From: Narcine bancroftii | Taxonomy: Eukaryota | Reading direction: 5' to 3' | NCBI RefSeq assembly: GCF_036971445.1 | Contig: NC_091482.1 | Span: 20,026,001 to 20,090,000, forward strand | DNA: 64,000 nt | Shown: positions 12,301-24,300 of the stretch, piece after piece | Layout: each line of letters starts with the position of its first letter | Position numbering within the stretch: position 1 is the stretch's first letter | Translations under genes and position numbers: made by a program | The notes under the pieces: generated by a model | Databases searched by the model: none | What the model was told of the DNA's origin: nothing | What the model saw: the letters and a program-made list of their open reading frames with translations, nothing else

Positions 12301-15300
12301 TAATCTCTAACACAGGAAGAATGTGGAAACTTGTACGATTAGACAAGAAGGATATTATTTCACAAAGGAAAATCTTTAAGATGAAATGTAATCATTTTAA
12401 TTGCACATTTTCTGAATTATTCAGATTCTTGTTTTGATGTTTAGTTAGTTGCGAGCAATTCTAAGCAAGAGGGGAACAATCTTTTGAAATTTAGATTGGA
12501 ACAATCTTCATGGAACAATTGTTCTGCAACACAATGTGAATTTTCATTCTCTTTCCAAACCAACAAGTCAAGTCACCTTGAGGTTTCATTCTTTTTTTTG
12601 AAGACCTTATTTAAAGTTTTATAACATGAATTACATTTAAAGAAAAATAGAAAAAAAATTTAAAAAGGTATGATTACAATATTACATCAGAAAACTACAC
12701 AAAATAACCCCCCCCGTTAATTGTAACACAATATTAATAGTCTAACTTTAAATTAGTCCAACCCTCCCCCCAAAATAAAGAGTGAAGAGTTAATAAAATT
12801 GACAATATTATATATGAAAAAAATACCCACTTCCAAAAAAGAGATAAAACTTAACCTAAAAAAATTCTAACAACAAAAAAAAATTGTCAATACTAAAATA
12901 TCACACTTAAACATATATTTAAATCAAACTTAAATGCATATAATTAGCAAACGGAGTCCCACTTTAACTTATAAAAAGACATCTTATCCTGAATTGAAAA
13001 AGATATTCTTTCCATAGTCAAACAAAATTTCATTTCCAAATACCACTTATCTAAAGTTACCACTTATCTCTTCCCTCCCTCCTTCACCCCCCCATCCCAC
13101 TCACTCAACGTTCAACCTATATGATACATTAAACCCATTAAACAATGTCTTCGCACAATGAAAATAAACAAGAAATTTGTGTCATCTACTTTTACATACT
13201 GGGTCAGTTCATTTCGTCGTTTTCTCCTTCTGTCATTTTAGGTGGTGGAGGTCCGCGGTAGGACTTCTCTATTGTGTTCCATGTACGGTTCCCAAATTTG
13301 TTCGAATACTGTGATGTTATTTCTTAAATTGTTATTTTTTCCAATGGAATGCATTTATTAATTTCTATGTACCATTGCTGTATTCTCAGGCTATCTTCTA
13401 ATTTCCAGGTTGACATAATTTCCAGGTTGTCCTCCAATTCTATTGCTAATAACAAGGGTGAATGATCTGATAATAGTCTAGCTTTATACTCAGTTTTCCT
13501 AACTCTCCCTTGAATATGGGCTGACAACAAAAACATATCAATCCTTGAGTAAATTTTATGCCTACTTGAATAATATGAAAATTCCTTCTCTCATGGGTGT
13601 TGCCTACTCCATATATCCATAAATTTTATTTCCTGCATTGATTTAACCATAAATTTGGCTACTTTATTCTTTTTGCTTGTCTTTTGTCCATTTTTATCTA
13701 ACATTGGGTCCAAATTAAGGTTAAAATCCCCTCCTATCAATATATTTCCTTGTGTGTCTGCAATCTTCAAAAAGAATATCCTGCATAAACTTTTGATCCT
13801 CCTCATTAGGTGCATATATATTGAGCAAATTCCTAAATTCTGAGTATACCTGACACTTTATCATTACATACCTCCCTGCCGGATCTATTATTTCCTCCTC
13901 TATTTTAATTGGTACATTTTTGTTAACTAGCATGGCTATACCTCTAGATTTTGAATTATAGGATGCTGTCGTTACGTGTCCTACCCAGTCTCTCTCTAGT
14001 TTGTTATGTTCCACTTCAGTTAGATGCATTTCCTGCACAAATGCTATATCTATTTTTTCCTCCTTCAATAAATTTAGTAGCCTCTTCCTTTTAATTTGGT
14101 TATTTATTCCATTAATGTTTATAGTCAATTAGTTCAACATGGCCATCTTATATCTTGCATACATCTCTTTTCCACCTCTTTGCCACCTCCATCCCCATTT
14201 TCATGTCTTAGTTTTCTCTTATTAACCTTGATATACGAAAACACATTTAAGACATAAAGTACCCCCGCAATTCCCACATCCACTAATACTTTAACCCCAA
14301 AAGTTCCCCCCCTCTCTAAATTGCCCCATACCCCTTGCCGAGCAACCAGAACTCCCCTTTACATTTGGGTTGCAATCTTGTTTGTAGTGTCAACTGATTT
14401 TGCAGTGACGGTTATTCCCCGTCCACCCAGCCCTCTCCAGAAAACATTAAAAAAAACACATATAACAAAGCTCTTTTTTTTTCCCCCTTACTCCCTTCCT
14501 TCCCTTCTCTTTTCCCTCTTTAGATCTTCACATATACATTGGTTTTACATCTTTGTATATACTTTATCGCCGTTCTTCATTCTTGTTACATCTCTTCATC
14601 TCTTCTCCAGTCCTGCAAACGTTCTACAAATTCTTGCGCTTTCTCTGGATCCAAGAACAGTCTGTTTTGCTCCACGGGTATAAATATTTTAAGCACGCTG
14701 GATATCTTAATATGAATTTGTAACCTTTTTTCCATAAAGTTGATTTCGCTGTATTAATTTCCTTCCTCCTTTAAGAGTTCAAAACTTAGGTCTTGGTAAA
14801 AAAAATATATTTTTTGACCCTTGTATTCCAATGGTTTATTATCTTCTCTAATTTTATTCATTGCCCGTTCCAGTATATTTTCTTTTGTGTATCTCAAAAA
14901 TTTTAGTGGTTCTTGGTTTTTGATGTGCCTGTGTTTTCAGAGCTAATGCCCTTTCTATTTCCATTTCTTCCTGCATTTCTGTCGTTCCCAGGACCTTTGG
15001 GATCCATCCTTTTATAAATTCCTTCATGTCTCTGCCTTCTTCACCCTCTTTCAGGCCCATTATTTTTATGTTGTTTCACCTACTATAATTTTCCAACATA
15101 TCAACTCTCTGAGATAACAACTCTTGTGTCTCTCTAATTTTTTTTGTCACTTCCAATTTTTCTCGCTCTTCCACACTCTCTACTCTTTTCCCTATTTCTC
15201 TCATTACCAATTCTAACCTTTGCATTTTAACTTCTGTTCTTTTCATTTTCCTTTTAATTGCATTAAACTAGTGATAACCATTCTTTTAGTGATCTCATTT

Positions 15301-18300
15301 GTTCCTCAAAAAAGACTTTATCTATATTCTGTTCATCAGTTTTACATTTTATTTCTTTGTCCATCAGTTTTACCTTCTATTTCCCTGTGAAGATCTTGGT
15401 CTTCTTCCTCTTCTTCTATGTCTGTATCTGTGTTTGTGTCTTCTTCTCTTCTGTTTTTCCTGATGAGCTGCTTGTATCTCTTTGTCGGGCCTCTTGTTGC
15501 TGTTCCTCCGCTCTTGGGCTGCTCGTCTGTTGTGCTTCTTGACGTTGGTCTTCTTGTCGATCTTCCCTCTGTCTGTCTTCCATGTCTGTTTTGTCACACC
15601 CTCTTCTGCTGTCTTCCATGTCTGTTTTGTCACACCCTCTTCTGCTGTCTTCCTTATCCTCCAGCTGAGAGCCCTGGTGTCTGGCATCTCAGCTGCTCGG
15701 TCTGTGACAGCCCGCTCCTCTGCTGAGCCCCCATCCCGCCGGTGTTCTCTGATTGCGCACTTTTGTTTGGCTCCGAGAGCCATTTTTGTAGTGCACCGGC
15801 TGGTGGGTCGCGACTCTATAGGGCAGGTATTGACCTTGAGGGTCAGGCGCTCCTCGTCACCACAGCGTCCTGTTCCATCCTGCAGGTAAGGCCTTCTTCC
15901 TTCTTTTCTGGTGACTTTTTAACTTTTTTTTCCAGCTGTCCTTACTTTCTCCTTCTTGGAAGCCATCTTCTTTCTCTTCTCTGTAACTTTATCTTCTATT
16001 TCTTGTACTCTATTTTTGTATGCTTTGCTTTTTCCTAACTTTTTTTCCTATTTTCCTGGAGAGGGCTGGTTTTTCCGACTGGCCACTACTCCATCACATG
16101 ACTCCTCAGTGTGCAACACACTTGAGGATACTTGACCAAATACGGTTCTTCCATAATTTAACAAACCTTAGTGAAATACTGGAGCACAATAAAAATTAAG
16201 CAAGAGATGTTCTTCCAGAAGTATGTTTAATGTCTTGTGGTTCAATTTTCAGACTAATGGCTTCAAAGATTCCCAAAAGGCTTCAGATCACACTACATTG
16301 GATCATACAATTGAGGAGCAGATGAAAGCTTTTCTCATTAATGCAGATGAATTGCACCAGTTTGATGATCTCACTAAAGTCAATCCAGTAACAACTGCCA
16401 CAGGTATCTAATAGGTATTTTGATTTTTGTGATGTGCTTGTTTGTAAAATGGTGGATGTTTGAGCATAGCACTCACTCAATGAAAGAGCAAGGCATGCAA
16501 AACTAGGTACAGTAGTAAATACGAAATGAGACATTTTGGGAACAACATAATAGACTAATCTTCTGGTAAATAAAAAAAAAAGTAAAGGTGGGCTTTATTA
16601 TTGAACAATAAAGTCTGCAGATGCTGTGAGAAGCTCAACGGGTCCTGTAATGTTCTTTACAGCAAAGTTAAGTAACAAGATTCAAGATTCAATTTATTGT
16701 AATGACATAAAAACAGCGTCATATTACACAAAGTTGCCTGGTGCGAATCCCTTGACTGCAGTCTCCAGCAGCCCATAGCTTGCTTGGGTTCCTCTCCTCA
16801 AGTCACCAGCAGCCTGTCCTTCAGCTGCAGAACCCCCCCCCCCACTGGTCCGCTGTCATGGTCACCATCTCGTGGGTCATCTTCTCTGCTTCTCCTCAGA
16901 CGGGTGGTGGTCCCACTGTTTTCTGGTGCCTGTGCCAGTTCTCCACTTTTCAGGAGTCTGCAACCCCTCGTGGCTGCTGTGGATCATACAGAACACGTAC
17001 TCGGGTGCTTCACAGAGTGGCAGGATGTCGGTATTGTTTCGACTTATGATAATTTTGTCTTACGACGTGAGTTCCAGATCCGAACCCCATTGTAAGTTGG
17101 GGTCTACTGTATTCCATTTCAACAATATTGATCTGCATCCTATCACAGATATTGTTCTCTCCACCCACTTATCCTTCTTTGCAACTTATTTCTACCCTTT
17201 TTCCTTTTTTATTATAATTTTTTTATTTTTAACACTGAACAATAACAACCAAAATATGTACAAACGTTTCTCATTAAATATACACAATGGCATTTTCCCC
17301 TTTTTCCCCCTTCCCTCCCTCCCCCTTCCCACTCCCCTCCAAAACATATACAATACAATAAAACCATAAAACAATGTCTTCACACAAAGGGAAAAACAAA
17401 CAAGAAAAATGTCTCATCTACTTTTACACACTAAGTCAAATAGTTTTGTCTTCTCATTTTAGGGGATGGAGGTCCGAGGCAAGCTCTCTCCGTTATGTTC
17501 TATGTACGGTTCCCAAATTTGTGACTTTATTTTTAAATTATACGTTATTTTTTCCAATGGAATACAATTATTCATTTCCATATACTATTGCTGTATTCTC
17601 AGGCTCTCTTCCATTTTCCAAGTTGACATTATACATTTTTTTGCTACAGCTAAGGCTATCATAATAAATCTTTTTTGCGCTTCATCCAATTTGAGGTCTA
17701 ATTCTCTACTTCTTCTATTACTTAGAAGAAAGATCTCTGGATTTTTTGGTATGTTGTTTTTTGTGATTTTATTTAATATCTGATTTAGTTCTTCCCAAAA
17801 CGTATTCACTTTTGTACGTACCCAAATTGCATTGTATTGTTGTTCCCATTTCCTTCTTACAGCAAAAACATCTGTCTGATAATGTTGGATCCCATTCTTT
17901 TAATTTTTGAGGAGTGATATATACCTTGTGTAACCATTTATACTGTATCATGCATAACCTTGTGTTTATTATATTCTTCATAGTTCCAGAACAAAACTTT
18001 TCCCATACTTCATTCTTTATGTTTAAATCCTTTTCCCATTTTTGTTTAGGTTTATAGCTTATTTCCTCATTTTCCTTACCTTGCAGTTTGATGTGCATAT
18101 TTGTTATAAATCTTTTAATTATCATTGTGTCTGTAATCACATATTCAAAGCTGCTTCCTTCTGGTAATCTCAATCTGTTTCCCAATTTATCCTTTAAGTA
18201 AGCTTTCAGTTGATGGTATGCAAACACTGCATCGTGAGTTATTCCATATTTGTTCTTCAACTGTTCAAATGTTAATAAATTATTTCCCAAAAAACAATTT

Positions 18301-21300
18301 TCTATTCTTTTGATTCCTTTTCTCTCACATTTTCTAAAGGAAAGGTTATTTATTGTAAAAGGGATTAGTGGATTTTGTGTTAATAACAATTTTGGTATTT
18401 GCTAATTTGTTTTTTTCCTTTCGACGTGGATCTTCTTAAGTAAATGATGCAATACTGGTGAGCTTTTATATTGCACCAGCTTTTCATCCCACTTATAAAG
18501 TATATGTTCCGGTACCTTTTCCCCTATTTTATCTAGTTCTATCTTTGTCCAGTCTGGTTTTTCTCTTGTCTGGTAAAAATCTGATAAATACCTTAATTGT
18601 GCAGCTCTATAATAATTTCTGAAGTTTGGTAACTGCCAACCACCTTGGTTGTACCTCTCTGTTAATTTATCTAACGCTACCCTCGGCTTCCCCCCTTTCC
18701 ACAAGAATTTCCTTATTATTCTCTTTAGTTCATCAAAGAATTTCTCTGTTAAGGAAATTGGTTAAGTTTGAAATAAGTATTGTATCCTTGGGAACACATT
18801 CATTTTAATGCAGTTCACCCTCCCTATCAACGTTAGTGGTAGTTCTTTCCAATGTTCTAAGTCTTCCTGGACTTTCTTTATTAGTGGCATATAATTTAGT
18901 TTGTACAAGTGGCTTAAATTATTGTCTATCCTGCTACCTAGGTATCATTTAAATGGTGATTCGTTTTTAAGTTCTGTATAATCTGCATTTCTCATTGGCA
19001 TCACTTTTTTTTTTGCGTTGACCTTGTACGCCGATATTTCTCTATATTCAATTTCTTATGTAATTCTTTTATTGATATCTGATTCTGTTGGGTATACTAT
19101 GATGTCATCTGCAAATGAACTTATTTTATATTCCTTCTCTTTTATTTTTATCCCTTTTATTTTGTTTTCTATTCTTATCAGCTCTGCCAATGGTTCTATT
19201 GCTAAGGTGAACAATGAGGGGGATAATGGACATCCCTGGCTAGTTGATCTACTTAATTTCAATTGGTTCAATACATATCCATTTACTAGTAGCTTTGCCA
19301 ATGGTCCATTATATAATGCTTTAAGCCAATTAATATATTTTTCTGGCAGATTGAACTTCTGTAATACTTTAAATAAATAGTTCCACTCTACCCTGTCAAA
19401 GGCTTTTTCTGCATCTAAGGCAACAGCCACCATTGGTTTCTTATTTCCTTGAGCTGCATGAATTAGATTAATAAATTATCCGCTGTTCGTCTTTTCTTAA
19501 TAAACCCAATTTGATCTTGTTTAACTATTTTTGGTACACAGTCGGCCAATCTGTTTGCTAATAATTTTGCTATTATCTTATAATCTGAGTTAAGTAGAGA
19601 TATTGGTCTATATGATGCTGTACCCTTTTTATTTCTGATGAAAGGTCATTGAATTAAAATGTTAACTCTTGTTTCTCCATTGACAGGTTCTGCCTGACGT
19701 GTAATTGTAATATTTTCTGTTTTTATTTCAGATTTCTAAAATAGCCATAGTTTTTTGCTTTTCTCGTGGAGATGCTGTGTCAACAATAGGTCTTCGTGTT
19801 TAAAACGTGTTCTTTAAAGATGGTACAAACTAATAATATAGTCAAACCTCTGGCATCCATGGGGATTGGTAGATGTTGGATATGGTATTTTCCAGTTACT
19901 TGAGACTTACTCTTCCAATGCCTAATCAATACACCTGCATAAAGAATAAACAGATTAAAAGACAAAAATACTATATTGTACTTGCACTGAACAAACTTCA
20001 CTTGCATGAATATATCAACCTTAAAGCATTTTACTTTATTTTCTGTCACATTCTTTGAAAACATTTAACCGTCACTGCATCTGCAGGTTCCTCACCCTCC
20101 AAAGAACTGCTCAAAAGTCGAACAATAACATTATAGATAATTAACCTCCTCCCCCAAATTTATAGATAAAGCCTCTGAGTGGGGAACTCTTACCAAGCAG
20201 AGGTAAGGAGACACTTTAAGATAGTCACCCCAATAGTGAGCGGCATCAATCAGCTCTTCATCCTGAGCGACACTATTATTTCACACAACTTTATTCAAAC
20301 AGCTGATATGACCATATCACAACCAATGCACTCCTCTGGCTGAATATTTGCTCCCATCTTCACCAAAGGTTTATGTGTTACTTCAGAGAATGTTTACTTT
20401 TGTCATTTTAAACTTGCATATTATTTTATTCTTATTTACTTAAATGTTTAACATTTATTTTCCTCGTTTTTTTTTGCTAGTTGCTTGAGGCTGTCAGTTG
20501 CTTGAATTCCATACACTCGGGTTTTACTCTACAAACTATTTAAATTAATAAGTCATTGTGCATGGTATAATTAGAGCAGTTTTAAAAAAATTATTGAGCA
20601 AGCTACATAAATTGAACAGTTAATGTTTTTTTTGTCTCCTAGTTTTAAAATGTCTTTGGGCAAGATATGCAGCTGGTGTATTTTACACAAATGCAGGTTG
20701 TACACTGGTGGCTCTAAATCCATTCCAGCCTGTGCCTACCTTGTATTCCTCCGAGACCATGAAGGAATACCACAATGTGTCTCAACTAAGGGTAACTCAA
20801 GTGCTTCATTATTTTATCCCTCTCGCGAGCAAATTATCGAAATATTGCTCCTCCTTCATTACAAATTCTATAATGTACATAAAGCAAAGCATTAACATTT
20901 AATTTGTGTCCTGTTTATTCTCAGTATTTGTTTGATTACTGTAAGCTGCAACCTGAATGTGAAATTGCTCAGTGGTTTAGACTATTTCCTAAAGTTGATC
21001 CAAATCTTCTAAATTCTGAGCAGACATAATTAGAATACAGGAACAGTAGCTTATTAATTTGTTTACTTTAATGGATGCAGTCAGAATCCAGAAACTATTA
21101 ACCAGAAGCAGTTGCAGGATCGTATTAGCACTTGCTTAGCTTTTATCTTACCAGTTTTTCATTATGAATTGAGATTAATTTTTACTGATAATTTTTGTGC
21201 ACAAAACTACAGAAAGTCTCTCTCTTCTTTAGGAATTGAAACCTCACATCTTTCTGGTGGCTGAACAAGCCTTCAGGAATGTGCAGAGCCACATTGAACC

Positions 21301-24300
21301 AATTAATCAATCGCTAATAGTCAGTGGAGAGAGTGGTGCTGGAAAGGTAAGAACTAAATTTTTAAGCCCACAAAAAAATCCTCATAAATTTAAAAATCAT
21401 TCAGTGTAAATATGTTTTTTTTTGGAAAATATAATTGGAGGTAATCATTGGTATAAAAACGAATGACTGTTGTAGGATTCCACGGAATTGCTTTAATTTC
21501 TTGCATGAATTTAAAAAATGCAATCATGACATAACATCAAATTTTATTTTCTTTTATAGTGACACGTTCGATTTTTCTCACCCCATGCCTGCTCACACGA
21601 TATAGGCCACTTTTTGGTTTGTTTAAAATTGCATGTCAGAAAGACAACCAAGGTGCATTCAATCAAAAATGGCTGCTTGTCCACTCATAGCTTTGTTTTC
21701 GAGATCTGTGATCAAAACTTTTGTCACAAAATATCTTCCTGGTTTTGTTGTCAAGCCAATAATTAAAATGCCCTTTTTCAGACCTGGACATCTCGTTGCC
21801 TTATGAATTACTTTGCCACAGTTGCTGCTTCATCCACTTCTGTAAAGTGCCAAGAAAATGTGGAACGAATAGAAAAGAAAATACTGGACTCCAATCCTGT
21901 GATGGAAGCATTTGGTAGTGAAACTTTTAATTTACTGTTTTGGGTGAAATCTTATTTGTATTGGCGTTTGAATTTGAAGCCTAATTTTTAACAGGGCTGT
22001 CAAGTAAATTTTTGCATGTTGCAGTGTGGATGTACTAGGAATCATGTGGAGTTGTGTGGGAGAATGATGTCCCTGGTGCAAGAATATCTGCTGACTGTTG
22101 CTTTCTCAGTAATATTGTAAACCTCTTTTCTCTCTTGTTTTTCTATAATATAAACAGTATGCTGTTTGATTCATTAATATATCCATTGCAATACTAAAAG
22201 AGTTATGAAAGAGCTTGTATGTCTTGTGAAGCAATCTGCAGTGTAAACTAAAATTTTATGTACACAGTTCTGTGTGGTAACTGGGAAGCAATAATTTCTG
22301 CCAATCCATTTGAGACTGAGAATTTTGACTCGTTTCCACCACCTGGTGGACTATTGCAGAATGTCATTTGCTTAAATATTGGAATATAACCTCCTTTGAA
22401 GAAGACCGCAGAGCCCACCTCACTGACAAAAGGCAAAGGAGGAAAAACCCAACACCCAACCCCAACCCACCAATTTTCCCCTGCAACCGTGTCTGCCTGT
22501 CCCGCATCGGACTTGTCAGCCACAAACGAGCCTGCAGCTGACGTGGACTTTTACCCCCTCCATAAATCTTCGTCCGCGAAGCCAAGCCAAAGAGGAATGG
22601 CTGCTGTTCGCTTGTGGTCATATCACATGGGAAACAGAAAGAATAGTGGATGTCTGATATATTTTGAAAGAAACAGTGAAATAACAATAATGGCGAAGAG
22701 TAAACATGATTAAGTATTGAAAATATCTGGAATATCTTTTTTTAAAAAAAACCCAACAATTTCAAATCATAGCAAGCAGTTTCCTAGTGGCTGTTATTGC
22801 TATGCATGGATTTTTGATTATTAAAAACACTTGCAGGATGTGTTCACTCCTGGCATTACTAGGCTTTATTACTGTTCCCTTTTTTTTCCCCTTGGGGGGA
22901 AAAAATGGTGCACAGCCTCAAATATTTGGCCCAGCTGACTATGTTGGCATTCTGGGCTAATCCCTTTATTCTGCATGTGGTCTATAACTTTCTAAGTCCT
23001 CCTATCTATATTATTTGCCAAAACCTATTGCATATTGTAACGGTATTACAAAATTCACATATGAGGCACAACATGCATCTGAACCAGGACTGATCTTGTG
23101 ATACTCCCATTTTGAGTGGGACAGGGAGGTTCCAAGATCTGACCCAATAACAATGGTGGAACAGCAGATAGGTTTCTAATTTCTTTGGATAGGTTTGCAG
23201 CCACAGTAAAGAAACGTTTGTTAATAAATGGTCCAAGATTGATCTGCAGAATGATCAATTTAAGATGCTGACTTTCTTTGTGACATTGACGGGAATGGAT
23301 TGAGGAGCACAATCCACTGATCACTGGGGGAATCAAAGGTGGAGAGAGCGAGCAAATTTAGATTCTTGGGAGTCACTAGCTTGGAGGATCTTTCCTGGAC
23401 CCAACACACCATGGCATCATGAATAAAGTACATCAGCACCTCTACTTCCTCAGGAGTTTGCAGATACTAGAAACCCTGCCAAATTTCTACAGAGGTGTGG
23501 TGGAAAGTGTGCTGACTGGCTGCATCATGGTCTGGAATGGGAACACCAATATCCCTGAGTGTAAAGTCCCCCAAAAGGTAGTGGACACAGTACAGGACAT
23601 CACATGCAAAACCCTCCCCACAGGGAGCACTGCCGTTGAGGGCAGCAGCAATCATCAAAGACCCACACCACCCAGCACATGCTCTGTTCTCGCTGCTGCC
23701 ATCAGGAAAGAAGTATAGATGTCACAAGACTTGCACCTCCAGGTTCAGGAACAACTGCTACCCCTCTACCATCAGACTCCTCAACGACAAACTCGATCAG
23801 GGACTCGTTTAAGGACTCTTACTTGTGCACTTTATTGACTTTCTTTGTGTTCTCTCTGCCTTGCACAGTCAGATTATTTGCATTTGTTATCTGTTTACAC
23901 TTCATTTATCTGTTCACATGTTTATGCTGTGTGCAGTTTATTTTTTGCACTACCAATTAGTGGTAATTTTGCCTTGCTCACAGGAAAAAGGAATCTCAGG
24001 GTTGTATGTGATGTCATGTATGTACTCGGACAATAAATCTGGAATATAGTGAAGATATTCATTTTCTTCAATAAAACACTGGTTGTGAAATTAGATGGGT
24101 TTGGTAAACTAGAAATGAGATTGCCAATGGAAGCGTAAAATGAGGAAGTAATTGATTTCTAAAATTATTTACTGTTTCATAGGAAATGCTTCCACACTAA
24201 GGAATAATAACAGTAGCCGATTTGGAAAGTATATCCAGCTCCAAATAAACAGGTAATTTTTGGAGCAGCTGAATTATTTATTCAACCTGCTCCAATTTTT

